Below, one piece after another: positions 44,864 through 55,291 of a DNA stretch of 64,000 bases. Under the pieces are notes generated by a model. That model worked only from the letters and a program-made list of their open reading frames with translations. It searched no databases and was not told where the DNA came from. A program made the position numbers and the translations under genes. The DNA is taken from contig OX337229.1 in assembly GCA_946965045.2 (NCBI GenBank), forward strand, positions 62,001 through 126,000, given 5' to 3'. Every line of letters begins with the position of its first letter. Position 1 is the first letter of the stretch. The DNA comes from Epithemia pelagica. Lineage: Eukaryota; Protista; Bacillariophyta.

Positions 44864-46403
44864 CTTGAGGAGCCAACAACCCACAAAAGAGCAAGACGAT
44901 GGTGGTGATTGGACTTGTTGTTGTTGTTGTTTTTGTATGTGTGTCTGGGGGGAATGTCAACCAGAGCAGATTACTATCAATGGCGACAAACACAGACAAA
45001 CAAACACAAGTCTCGGAATACGGAAAAAGCGTCGTCTCGAAATCGGCCTCTCTCTTGTCGTGGAATCTACAATCTCTCCCTGTGATTTATTTTTGTGGGA
45101 GGAGGAATCCGTACAAACTACTAGTACTTGGCGGGGCCTCTTTGGAACTCGGTCAAGTAGGAAGAGCTTCAAAGGCCTTCCTCTCATTCGGAAGTGTGCG
45201 AATAAGACTGTTATCGACAAAACAGATGGATGAAGGCCGCAGTAGCTTTCGTTTACCCAACTATATCGAATTTCGACGATTACATTCGAACGGACTCCTT
45301 CTTTCGAGTACTGCGATCCTTCCATGCCATTCAATGCACTTACAAGAGCACTAGAGTACAACACTGTGTTATTTTCTGTCTTGTCCCAGTACCATGTACC
45401 ATCTGGCATCTGACGTCCCCTTTAGATTAAGGTGATACCCTAAAGTTCGGATCTTCATCTCCAGCCTTCTATATGGCTTCATACATTACTTATACTTTGC
45501 TGGTCGGCAAGTGTAACAAGTTTGGTGTCGAAAGATGTCCATGGTGTCTAACCCAAAAACGATGGTCAGAAAGTTCTGTTTCTGACGTGTGTGGTTGAAC
45601 ACATAAACAATCGCCATTGAAGGAGTAGCTTCACAACCCTACAAATGAGACTCAACTATGCGCACCGTGTGCTCTTTGCTAGAGCTAGTAGACGCAAAAA
45701 GCCCTATCGCGATGAAGAACGGTCCACGGCGCGGTGGGGCGAACGACGCAGATGGTAGTCCCGGGCGTCGCAAAACTCCACCATGTTTCTTCTGTGATGT
45801 TATTCATCGTCATTCATCTACCAATTCGCGATAAAACAATCCTATTCATAATAGATTATATCACTTTGGAAGCGACAGAAGACGTAGGCTACTGATATCG
45901 ATGGCGTTTGAATATCCACTCCAGTGAGAAAGATGCCTCCAATGTTTCGCATGTCATATAGCAATAATATGGTTAAGACAAACTACCCTCGCAAAGAGCT
46001 AGAAGAGCATGTCGCGGCTGTGTCAGAGGCAAAATGACTTGTGTTGATATGGAGCATGCTCATTTTAGCAGCCATATACTACAATCAACACATTCGATTC
46101 ATTCGTTACATTCACCGCTTGCTCAAGAAGACGCCATGATGTTGTTTTCCCACTCAATACGGATAACCACCATTGGCTGAGAAGCTGGAAGCATGCGAGC
46201 TGCTATCAGCAATCCGTTGTTGTGCCCTTGATTTTCTGCTACGCCTTGTTTCGAACCAAGACCGCGCCGTGTTGAGAGCTCTGGAAAGCCGTCCATGTTT
46301 TCTTCGGAATGCAGTGCCACAAGAAGTTCTGACGAATGAAGGACGTTCATTCTCATGACGTCTATGGAGTGGGTCCTTTACCCCAGTGGACTCGTCCTCT
46401 TTG

Positions 46404-46829
46404 CTATGGGCGGCATGTTGCCTCTTCTTTCGTCGGATGTACGCGTACTCTCGACGTTTCCCCACAAACCGTGGTCCCCAAGGCCCCTGCAAATCCGCCC
46501 ACCACAGGACCTACCACTGGACCCAAGACGAAAAAGAAAATTTTGATTCCATGACAAGAAGGGGCTTGCGGACAAGAATAGGAGGACAATGAAAGGTTCG
46601 ATCGCTCCTCACCCAAAACATTGGTGGCATTCGACGGCCCATACTTGTTCTCGAAGTGCAAACGTCTATTCTCTTGATTAGTGTATTGTTGCTCAATGGA
46701 ATTCAAATGCGAGTCATCATCATCATCATTGTTGGTCTCTAACATCCATCTGTCGCTTTCAGAAGTCCTATCGATTGTTCTAGACATCTTCCAGTGCAAA
46801 GGATCAGTCCAGAATTTTGTAGGAGTCAT
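46404..46829 (-). CDS. Small glycine-zipper-like hypothetical protein (copy B)
   Basis: Translation identical to 36526-36951. Confidence 0.45.
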   Translation of the reverse strand: MTPTKFWTDPLHWKMSRTIDRTSESDRWMLETNNDDDDDSHLNSIEQQYTNQENRRLHFENKYGPSNATNVLGEERSNLSLSSYSCPQAPSCHGIKIFFFVLGPVVGPVVGGFAGALGTTVCGETSRVRVHPTKEEATCRP

Positions 46830-47317
46830 GGGGTTGGGAATTGGGAACTCATTCGTGGAGTGCGCTCTTGGATAGATACTACCTATCACTGAGCGTCATC
46901 CGGGACTTGGTAAAGAATAGAGTCAATCCACTGAGCCCCGACTCAATTTTCTTGTGCGACTGCGGGGGAGCAAGTGTCTTTCGACTTGCGAGTGATTGCA
47001 GGAAACACAGTCGCTCGCGGCTTAAAATTCAAGACCAAGAAGTGCACATGAGAACAGAGGTGCAAAGACCAATGCCTACAAGAGAATAAATGAAAGTCGA
47101 TTGCAATCAAGCCAAAGGCAGGTAGGAGAAGAGGGGCAACACAATTACCTAAAGCAATTATCATTGTCTAATGTAAATCTGGCCATGTCAGTATCTGACG
47201 TAAATCTTGTCATTTAGAATACTTGGTTACACAATCTGTGGATCTTTCACAACGTACAGCCTTTCCAACGATACACAACAAACTAACTGAGCTGCTGAAG
47301 CTTGTCTACTTTTGCGC

Positions 47318-47854
47318 TCAAAGAGCCGTTGCCTGATGAACTGGATACTCGGGCTCAGTCTGAACGTCATTGTCCTTGGTATCATTGTTCGTGTGGTTAT
47401 TACCAGATGTCAATTCTTTCAAACGACGTCGTTCGCGATTCTTGTTGACCGCCTTGGCCCCAAAGGCTCCCGCCAAACCGCCGACCACACCACCCACAGG
47501 TCCCAAGACGGCCAATCCAGCGACTCCACCCACGACACCGTAAGCCACGGTGCGTCGTTTACGGCGAATCTTCATATCCAACAGTTCCGGATATTGAGCA
47601 TATTTGCAGCAAGTGCTGCTGCTACTGCTGCATCGATGAACGGGACGACCGTTCGCTGGAATGATCGTAGTTGTCGTGGTCGTCGTCGTCGTGGTTGGCT
47701 TCACTAGTTCTTCGGTCGAACTATGCGTGTTGGTCGCATTAGTGGTGGGGGGAGAAGTTGATCCCCCCACAACAATTTCGGGTTCCACGACAATCGAAGG
47801 GTCCGAGGATTGACGATGATCGTCAATCGAGAACTTGGAATGGTCGTATGTCAT
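47318..47854 (-). CDS. Glycine-zipper membrane protein (copy B)
   Basis: Translation identical to 37440-37976. Confidence 0.7.
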   Translation of the reverse strand: MTYDHSKFSIDDHRQSSDPSIVVEPEIVVGGSTSPPTTNATNTHSSTEELVKPTTTTTTTTTTIIPANGRPVHRCSSSSSTCCKYAQYPELLDMKIRRKRRTVAYGVVGGVAGLAVLGPVGGVVGGLAGAFGAKAVNKNRERRRLKELTSGNNHTNNDTKDNDVQTEPEYPVHQATAL

Positions 47855-48415
47855 GGTTTCTTTCTTCTTGTTGTTGTTGTTGACCTGAGAGCGAGTGCAC
47901 CAGAGAGGCTGAATTACTTGTCTGTTGGTTGATTTGATAGCGGCCACAACAAGTACAAGAAGAGCGTATTATGAGACAGAGCAATGAAAAATCCTTGAGT
48001 CGTTGCCGATGACGGCAACGAAAGATCCAAGATTTTCATTCCCACCGAGCCAAGTCGCTTTTTGTCACCAAGCCTTCCATGGATTTCAACATGGTTCCTA
48101 GTCCTTCTTTCGAATGAACCCGAGAATCCAACGCATCACTTGGAACCTAAGACACAGAAGATTCGATTGTCCAGAGTAACTCGCTGCGGCTGGACACCTA
48201 GCTGTCGTCCACGACCGCATCTCCCCGCTGACGGACAAGATCGATAAAGGACAAACAAGGGGAGATGTACCTCTCTCGCGATATGCTATGGGGAAGGTAT
48301 AGAAAAGGTGAAAATACACTGCCTGACAAAATTGAACTTTGTATCGCGAATCTCATGCCAATGGCTCTGTCTGCTATATATTCTGGTACGTCGTGGTAAA
48401 CAGCAATCAAACAAG

Positions 48416-48697
48416 ATGAATCTTGCGGCGGCAGCAAAAGAACTAGTTGATTTGGAAAGAAAAGTCCCAGTCCTTTGCGGTTCTTCGACTTGCATGGCTC
48501 GCATTGAAGACTCGTCTTTGTGGAGCAGATCCGCCCTCCGACAGTGCCTTCCCTCACAGGTTTGGTATGACTACATGAAGATGGAAAGCAGGCGTGGCGT
48601 GAACACGGACTTTCGGAGGATATATCATGCTTTTCTACGATATTGGGCCGATATTCATGGCACTACCAGCCAACCACCCATAGATATGAGTAGCTAG
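48416..48697 (+). CDS. Small hypothetical protein (copy B)
   Basis: Translation identical to 38538-38819. Confidence 0.35.
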   Translation: MNLAAAAKELVDLERKVPVLCGSSTCMARIEDSSLWSRSALRQCLPSQVWYDYMKMESRRGVNTDFRRIYHAFLRYWADIHGTTSQPPIDMSS

Positions 48698-49410
48698 CAG
48701 CTACCTAGAAGCGGTGATTTCCCAGAAGCCCACGTGTTGTTGTAGAGCGAGGGCGATCGGTTTCTAACGAGACCGTGGGACCAAGCGACAAGTCGTTCGG
48801 CAAGTAAGACCAACCATTTGCGCTCCAGATGCAGCAAAAGGACGAACTCGATCGATCGATCGGATTAGGAGTACTCCAAAGATATGTGTAGCTAGCAGCT
48901 TCCTAGAAGCGGTGATTTCCCAGAAGCCCACGTGTTGTTGTAGAGCGAGGGTGATCGGTTTCTAACGAAACCATGGGACCAAGCGACAAGTCATTCGGCA
49001 AGTAAGACCAACCATTTGCGCTCCAGATGCAGCAAAAGGACGAACTCGATCGATCGATCGGATTAGGAGTACTCCAAAGATATGTGTAGCTAGCAGCTTC
49101 CTAGAAGCGGTGATTTCCCAGAAGCCCACGTGTTGTTGTAGAGCGAGGGCGATCGGTTTCTAACGAAACCATGGGACCAAGCGACAAGTCATTCGGCAAG
49201 TAAGACCAACCATTTGCGCTCTATGCAGCAAAAGGACGAACGTTTGTGCTCGTTCAATTCGAGTAGGAGTACTAACTAGATGCGGTGATTTCCCAAAAGC
49301 TCACGTGTTGTTGTAGAGCGTTTCTAACGAAACCATGAGAGCAAGCGACAAGTCGTTTGGCAAGTAAGACCATCATTTTGCTCTCTCTGACGAACTCGAT
49401 TGGAGTAGGA
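48682..49410. repeat. 198-bp tandem array (3 units plus a degenerate one)
   Basis: agatatg at 48682, 48880 and 49078. Confidence 0.92.
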
Positions 49411-50328
49411 GTAGTATGCTAGAGGTGCTAGACCACATAGCTGGCCGCATGTAGTACTGACCACCCCATGAAATGACCTCCCTCTACAGATTGACTCTAT
49501 AGGAAACTGCGTATGACTCTGCGCGTACAATCTCTTGTATTGACGGAGGGGATGCTGTTTTTCACTTTTTGACACCGATCTTGTCCATCTTTCTTCATTC
49601 TTCACTGCCGACAGTGGGGAAACTCTCCAGCGACCTATCGGCACTGCTCCTTTTGATATACAAACTCGGAGTTTTACTATTGTCATAGATTGCGCCCACC
49701 TCTTGATGCAGTACTTTTCTTTAACGATTCTCTCACCCAACCGATTTTAGTTGAAATAAATATACGATTACTGATTGGGCAAGCCCCTGCAATCCTGCGT
49801 ATTTTCTACTTCAATTGGTGTAGACCACGAGGTACTCGTATTCGTTACTCTTTTTACTCGTAGCCCTGCCTCTTGTCCTTGGGCGAACAGTTGATTCTCC
49901 CTATCAGACTATTAGGATAAGATGATGATGTCGACAATGACAAAGCTGACATATCGTTGGGCGCAATGAAGAACTTATTGACTGGGATATGTCAATGATG
50001 CGATAGGTTGTGATGTTTGATTGCTACTACATCTTAGCGCGTTGGCGCTTTACTATGGAGATGGGATGCTTCAAACCGAGGACATGAGAGAAGCAGGGCT
50101 AGCTACCCAACAAATATCAACTTCGGCATCCATGGGGGATGGTTTATTGCCCTATGAGGTACTCGTAGTTTTGTAGGTCCCTACCAAATCCAATGTACCG
50201 TTTGGTTGGCGTAATTTCCATGATATTCATTCTGGTCCCAGTTGACAAAGAGAGACGTTCACCGAGTTGAAGATCCCTCTTATCTGAGCTTTTTGTCAAT
50301 TGCAGTCTGCCTACTCGATTTCGTATTC

Positions 50329-51045
50329 ATGATCTTCTCCATAGTCGAGAACGACGATCTGACATTGGATTGCTACCACCATTCTCCAACCACCAACACT
50401 GTTCGTCGTCACAAACGAGTCTCGTTTCAACCACAGTCTCCCCTCAATCATTCGTACCAGGACAAGATTGCCATGACGTGGTATCCCAGTCGATTTTCCA
50501 CCAAGAAGGATACCAAACACTTGTGGTACTCCGAACGGTTCCAACTCGAGTACATTCAAGATATCAAGACCATTATTAATGGACCAGATTCCGACTTGTA
50601 CAAGCCGTATCGACGTGGTTTGAAACAAGCTTGGATCGAGGCATGCAATGATTCGACCTCGATGGATTCCTCGTCCTCACACCCCAGTACTGCCATCTTC
50701 CAGCCTCCTGGTAGACCATGTGCAGCCGTGACCTTGGTGGGATTGGAACGCACCTTGGTGCAACGGATACGAGTCGATAAGAAAGTTCGTCGATCCAAAC
50801 TGGCGAATGCCATTTTGAGGCTTCAAGACCGACACCAATGGCACCACGAACTTGGAATGGGTTGCGAGTGTGGCAACCAGTGTACCACCACCAACAACAA
50901 CAACCACATTCACAACAAGAGGGCCCGGCATTGCTGCTGCTTGGAGCAGGATGCCTTGGAACTGGCCCAAGTGTCTCGAGAGATTTCTCGTCCGTCTCGC
51001 ATCTTTGCCAGACACTTGGCGCAATGGACCGCCGCATCATTCTAA
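50329..51045 (+). CDS. Hypothetical protein of the RVxF...WYS family
   Basis: KRVSF...LWYS...GLER...SRPSRIFARHLA. The ORF track starts it at 50242; first ATG is 50329. Confidence 0.7.
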   Translation: MIFSIVENDDLTLDCYHHSPTTNTVRRHKRVSFQPQSPLNHSYQDKIAMTWYPSRFSTKKDTKHLWYSERFQLEYIQDIKTIINGPDSDLYKPYRRGLKQAWIEACNDSTSMDSSSSHPSTAIFQPPGRPCAAVTLVGLERTLVQRIRVDKKVRRSKLANAILRLQDRHQWHHELGMGCECGNQCTTTNNNNHIHNKRARHCCCLEQDALELAQVSREISRPSRIFARHLAQWTAASF

Positions 51046-51357
51046 ACGGAAAAGAGACACACACACACACATGACACCTTTTGGAATGGGTTGCATTTTG
51101 GTTTTGTGGGGATTGGCTTGAACCAATTGCCATGAAAATAGCTTTTATAACAATAGACATTGTTCTTTTTGCCAGTTCGTGTCATTGCCCTCCTCAAAAC
51201 TCGTGCTGTCTTTCTGCAGTTCCATTGCTGGAGTCCATTCGTTTCTTCTCTCCAAGAAAACCGAATGCTTCCATAGTATTAGACAGCCACCCCGTCTTGA
51301 TCACGTGTTAGCCGTCCTGTGATTGATTTCGTTCCCAACAGTTCCGTCCCATTCTTT

Positions 51358-51360
<3 letters not shown>

Positions 51361-51396
<36 letters not shown>
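51361..51396. repeat. (CT)18 microsatellite
   Basis: Read directly from the sequence. Confidence 0.95.
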
Positions 51397-51402
<6 letters not shown>

Positions 51403-51540
51403 GATGAGTGATTTTAGTCAGAGTCTCCCAGTATTGTGGATGCCAAAAAATGCGAGCCGAATCTCCCCCTCGACAATAATGGAGATCCGTGAACAACTAA
51501 CTGTCTGTCTCTGCAAGTCCTTTCTCCGGAGTATACGCTC

Positions 51541-52519
51541 AGAAGACTGACTTGGGATTCTGGTGGTGGATTGTCGATTCATTGTGATCCATGAAGTCTC
51601 TTTGTGAACAATACATAGAAGCTGTCCGCATGTATCATCATCATATTGATTGTACAATACATGATGGATTGGAGACGATTCTTTTGCTCTTCTGGAAACT
51701 GCGCCCCATTTTTTCCCAGTCTTTGGATTTGTGTGAGGGTCGCCAAAATTGGAGCTGCCGACGGGCGATGCCGCCTGTGATCGAGCCGGAGCATGACCTT
51801 GCCGGCTTGTACAAACAGAGGTGCGATCCGAGAGCAGCGACGGACAGACAGCCCCAAGTCGATAATGATGGCAACAGAAATGTGGGGAATCTTGAAATCC
51901 ACACCATGGAGGACTAAAGTACTCCTAAAAGTGTGGATGCCACTGTTGCGGAATGGATGGATCTCTGTCATTGTTCCATTTCCGAGAAGGAAAAACAGTT
52001 GTGGGTTCATCTTGATGCAACGCCTTTTAGCACTATGTAAAGTAGAGGAGGGATTTGAGCTACTCCATCTACCCCCAACACATAGCCAATAGATATAGGT
52101 ATATATATCCCCACATATCGCCACAAACGCAGACAGCACACAAAAACCCCACCAGAAGCCCACGTGGTGATTGGTGATCTGGATATCTTCTTATGGAACA
52201 GATCTCTCCATTTCGATTACTGTTCGCACCCTCTCTTGGGCGTCTCCCTCCATTCTCTCGAAGCAAACATTCGTCTCTCTGTCGTTTCTCTTCCTTGGGA
52301 GAGGAGACTTTCCAATAACAGAGAGCGACACACATTTGGCTTTTCTCTTTGTTGTGTGGCAAGAAACAGGCGACAGCACACACTACTGGAACCCTTACCG
52401 CACTCCAGAGAATGACGACCATGACGACGACGACAACAGCCACAAGAACAACCACCACCACTCATACGGATCGACCACCACCACCCACCACAAGACAGAG
52501 TGGCTCTCGACAACCACCA
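51541..52519. repeat. About 0.95-kb direct repeat, copy 1 (upstream region plus first codons of the CCCH gene, truncated)
   Basis: Colinear with 54375-55291. Encodes ...THTDRPPPPTTRQSGSRQPP and then diverges. Confidence 0.92.
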
Positions 52520-52642
52520 TCTTTACGAAGATTGCGCTCGTGCAGTTCGGGTGGCTGAACTACGCATCGAATTCATCGTTTCCAATCTGATTGGAATTGT
52601 TTGGACACAACGATTGCGTCCAATCCCCAAGAACGATTCCTT

Positions 52643-54271
52643 CTATTGCGTACGAGCGGTACCGCCCACTTCAAACCCTTCAAATGACCAAGCTTTAAGT
52701 TGCTGCTTTGCTCGGAGGCATTGTGAACTTGAGGGCATTTTGAACATACGGAGACTCTCAATTGGAACAAGAAACAGAAACCTGACTGTAGCAAAATTGA
52801 TCGGCTCCGCTTCGCGTTGACTCAGAGATTCCAACAGGACAAGCAGTCTCGAAACATTTCCGGAGTGAGTGGCAGCCTCGGATGCATTCCAGGCCACCAA
52901 GTGGAGATGCCCATCTCCATTCTGATGAATGTACAAACCGTCGAATTCGGGGTGATTCCATTTTTCGGGGAGAACTAGGAATTGTTCATCATCCGGTAGG
53001 CCATGGCGTAGGAACTCGGCAAGGCGGACAGTCTTTGTTATCGTCCACGTTGACTCCGAAGAGCCCACAGTGAGAGTGAGCGAGTTATGCTTCTGAAGTC
53101 GCGTGATAATATCCCATGCAAAAATAAACCGATGGACGGAAGGATTGTTTTGTACCCAGTGGCTCGCATACATGACTCGAATTGCCTCTAAACCAACCGT
53201 TTCCGATATTTTCTCCATTATGAAGGAGCTCGAGATTTGGAAGAGGCCCAGCCGATCAGAATTGTGAGATGGATACATTGCAATAACGTGGTTCACTGCA
53301 GTCACTCCACGCACTCCAGCCAACCCATTTTGGATCATTTGGGCATTCGTCACCTTCGCGAGGTGAATTTCAATGTCTTGCAATGCATCTTTCAAGTTCA
53401 TCCCAAACATCCACCTTGCAGAGCACCCACAAAAGTACTTTTTGATCGTGCAGGCCTGGTCAAAGTCAATTGCCGCCCAAGGCAAAGAGCGATTTTCGGG
53501 AAGTCCGCCAATGACCTCGTCCACAAATGCTCGTTTCATTCCGTCATCAAAGGTAGCCGCGTATTCATTTATTTCAGTCTCGGTCCATGAATAAAAAGAG
53601 AGATACTTCATATTCACAGCCTGTAGATGTTCTCGTGGTATGACCAGCTGTTGACTCGAAATCCAGATCATATGGCAGTGCTTATACAAGCTTGAATCGA
53701 AGCCAAACGATCTCCAACTCTTGCCGGCCATTTCTTTGTTGTCATGTGTAACTCCATCCACCACACATATTTCGATCTTTTCATCATCGTCGTAGACATG
53801 CGCGAACGGGTCATTACGAGCATGGATTCTCTGGAAGGTGAGTGTGCCATCCTCTCCACGGCTCATGACACGCACCACCCAACAGCCACGTTTCATCCAG
53901 TGACACCAGAGCGCGTTCTGGCCCGTACGTAGGACTCGCTGCGTGAGCCAAAACCAGGCTGCCGTAGATGTTCCAGAGCCAGGAGGGCCCTCCAACAGAC
54001 AACTCGTAGCTTCGAGCTTCGCCCATAGCGTTACATGTTGAGCTCGTGTCATGAAGCGAATCGTAGGTTCCGCTCTCAAGCCCGACTCTTCCACGTATTG
54101 CACGGTAAGCACCGTTCCGGAATCAGGCAGCATCTCCATCACTTGCCACTCTTTTCGGGAACGGGGCAGGTTTGGTTTTGTGTGGATGAAGAGTGTGTGC
54201 TCGAGCCTGAACGAGACTTTGGTGAACCCTGATGAGAATGGTGGTAGAGGCGGCGACGAAATTCCACCCAT
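52643..54271 (-). CDS. Crinkler-like NTPase + restriction-endonuclease-fold protein lacking an N-terminal header domain
   Basis: LLEGPPGSGTS (Walker A-like), CVVDG (Walker B-like), YSW, CGCSARWMF, NPS, and LPEKWNHPEFDG...WNASEAATHS. These match in order the recalled oomycete CRN C-terminal pattern (GPPGxGKS, SW, GGSARxMF, NP, KPxKWNQGGYDA...VQxTxxxxHS). Confidence 0.75.
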   Translation of the reverse strand: MGGISSPPLPPFSSGFTKVSFRLEHTLFIHTKPNLPRSRKEWQVMEMLPDSGTVLTVQYVEESGLRAEPTIRFMTRAQHVTLWAKLEATSCLLEGPPGSGTSTAAWFWLTQRVLRTGQNALWCHWMKRGCWVVRVMSRGEDGTLTFQRIHARNDPFAHVYDDDEKIEICVVDGVTHDNKEMAGKSWRSFGFDSSLYKHCHMIWISSQQLVIPREHLQAVNMKYLSFYSWTETEINEYAATFDDGMKRAFVDEVIGGLPENRSLPWAAIDFDQACTIKKYFCGCSARWMFGMNLKDALQDIEIHLAKVTNAQMIQNGLAGVRGVTAVNHVIAMYPSHNSDRLGLFQISSSFIMEKISETVGLEAIRVMYASHWVQNNPSVHRFIFAWDIITRLQKHNSLTLTVGSSESTWTITKTVRLAEFLRHGLPDDEQFLVLPEKWNHPEFDGLYIHQNGDGHLHLVAWNASEAATHSGNVSRLLVLLESLSQREAEPINFATVRFLFLVPIESLRMFKMPSSSQCLRAKQQLKAWSFEGFEVGGTARTQ

Positions 54272-54279
54272 CGTCAGAG

Positions 54280-54294
54280 TTAGGGTTAGGGTTA
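54280..54294 (+). repeat. Interstitial telomere-type repeat TTAGGGTTAGGGTTA
   Basis: Read directly from the sequence. It lies 9 bp from the CRN-like ATG. Confidence 0.7.
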
Positions 54295-54374
54295 ACAATC
54301 TCTCTCGTTCGATAATAGTAGACAGAGAGTATGGAGGTCCGTGAACTGTCGCCTCACGCTCTCATTGAAGCAGA

Positions 54375-55291
54375 AGAAGAGTGACTTGGGATTCTGGTGG
54401 TGGATTGTCGATTCAACTTTAGCCATGAAGTCTTTCATTTCGAACAATCCTGTCCATCCCACATCATGGATTGGACGATTTTCCTTGCCAATCCTTTTCT
54501 CTGGTCTTTGATTTTGTGTGCGGTCGCCAAAATTGGAGCTGCCGACGGGCGATGCCGCCTGTGATCGAGCCGGAGCATGACCTTGCCGGCTTGTACAAGC
54601 AGAGGTGCGATCCGAGAGCAGCGACGGACAGACTTCCCCAAGTCGATCATGATGGCAACCGAAAAATGAGGGTCTAATCTTGAAATCCACACCATCGAGG
54701 ACAAAAAAGTGTGGATGCCGTTCTTGCGGAATGGATGGATGTCTGTCATTGTTCCATTTCCGAGAAGGAAATATAGTTGTGGGTTCATTGATGCCTCTAG
54801 TAGGAGTTGTAGAGAGGCATTTGAGCTACTCAATCTACCCCCAACACAAGCATAGCTATGGGTATATAGATATTAGATAGCCCCACATACCGCCACAAAT
54901 GCAGACCCAGACAGCACACAAAAACCCCACCAGAAGCCCACGTGGTGATTGGTGATCTGGATATCTTCCTTGCAGAACAGATCTCTCCATCTCCACAACT
55001 GTTCGCACAGATCTCTTGAGCGTCTCCCCCCAGTCTCTCAAAGCAAACATTCGTCTCTCTGTCGTTTCTCTTTCTTGGGAGAGGAGACTTACCAGCATTT
55101 CCAATCAAAGAGAGCGCCACGCATTCGGCTGTTCTCTTTGTTGTGTGGCAAGTAACAGGCGACAGCACACACTACTGGAACTCTCGTCGCACTCCAGGAC
55201 AATGACGACAACAAGAACAACCACCACCACTACTCATCAGGATCGACCACAACCACCCACCACAAGACAGAGTGGCTCTCGACAACCACCA
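54375..55291. repeat. About 0.92-kb direct repeat, copy 2 (runs into the intact CCCH gene)
   Basis: Colinear with 51541-52519. Confidence 0.92.

Larger units (their letters stand above)
45155..49639. repeat. Segmental duplication copy B (4.5 kb)
   Basis: See copy A. Copy B has one extra 198-bp unit. Confidence 0.97.

Noticed and set aside
49385-49410. Hammerhead ribozyme core (CTGACGA followed by the actc/gagt stem; similar at 39312)
   Set aside because: The required GAAA does not follow stem II, and the motif is absent from the intact units.
52153-52166. 14-mer CAGAAGCCCACGTG shared between the CCCH upstream repeats and the 198-bp arrays
   Set aside because: Similarity does not extend. 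A few chance 14-mer matches are expected in a 64-kb self-comparison, so an E-box role cannot be supported.
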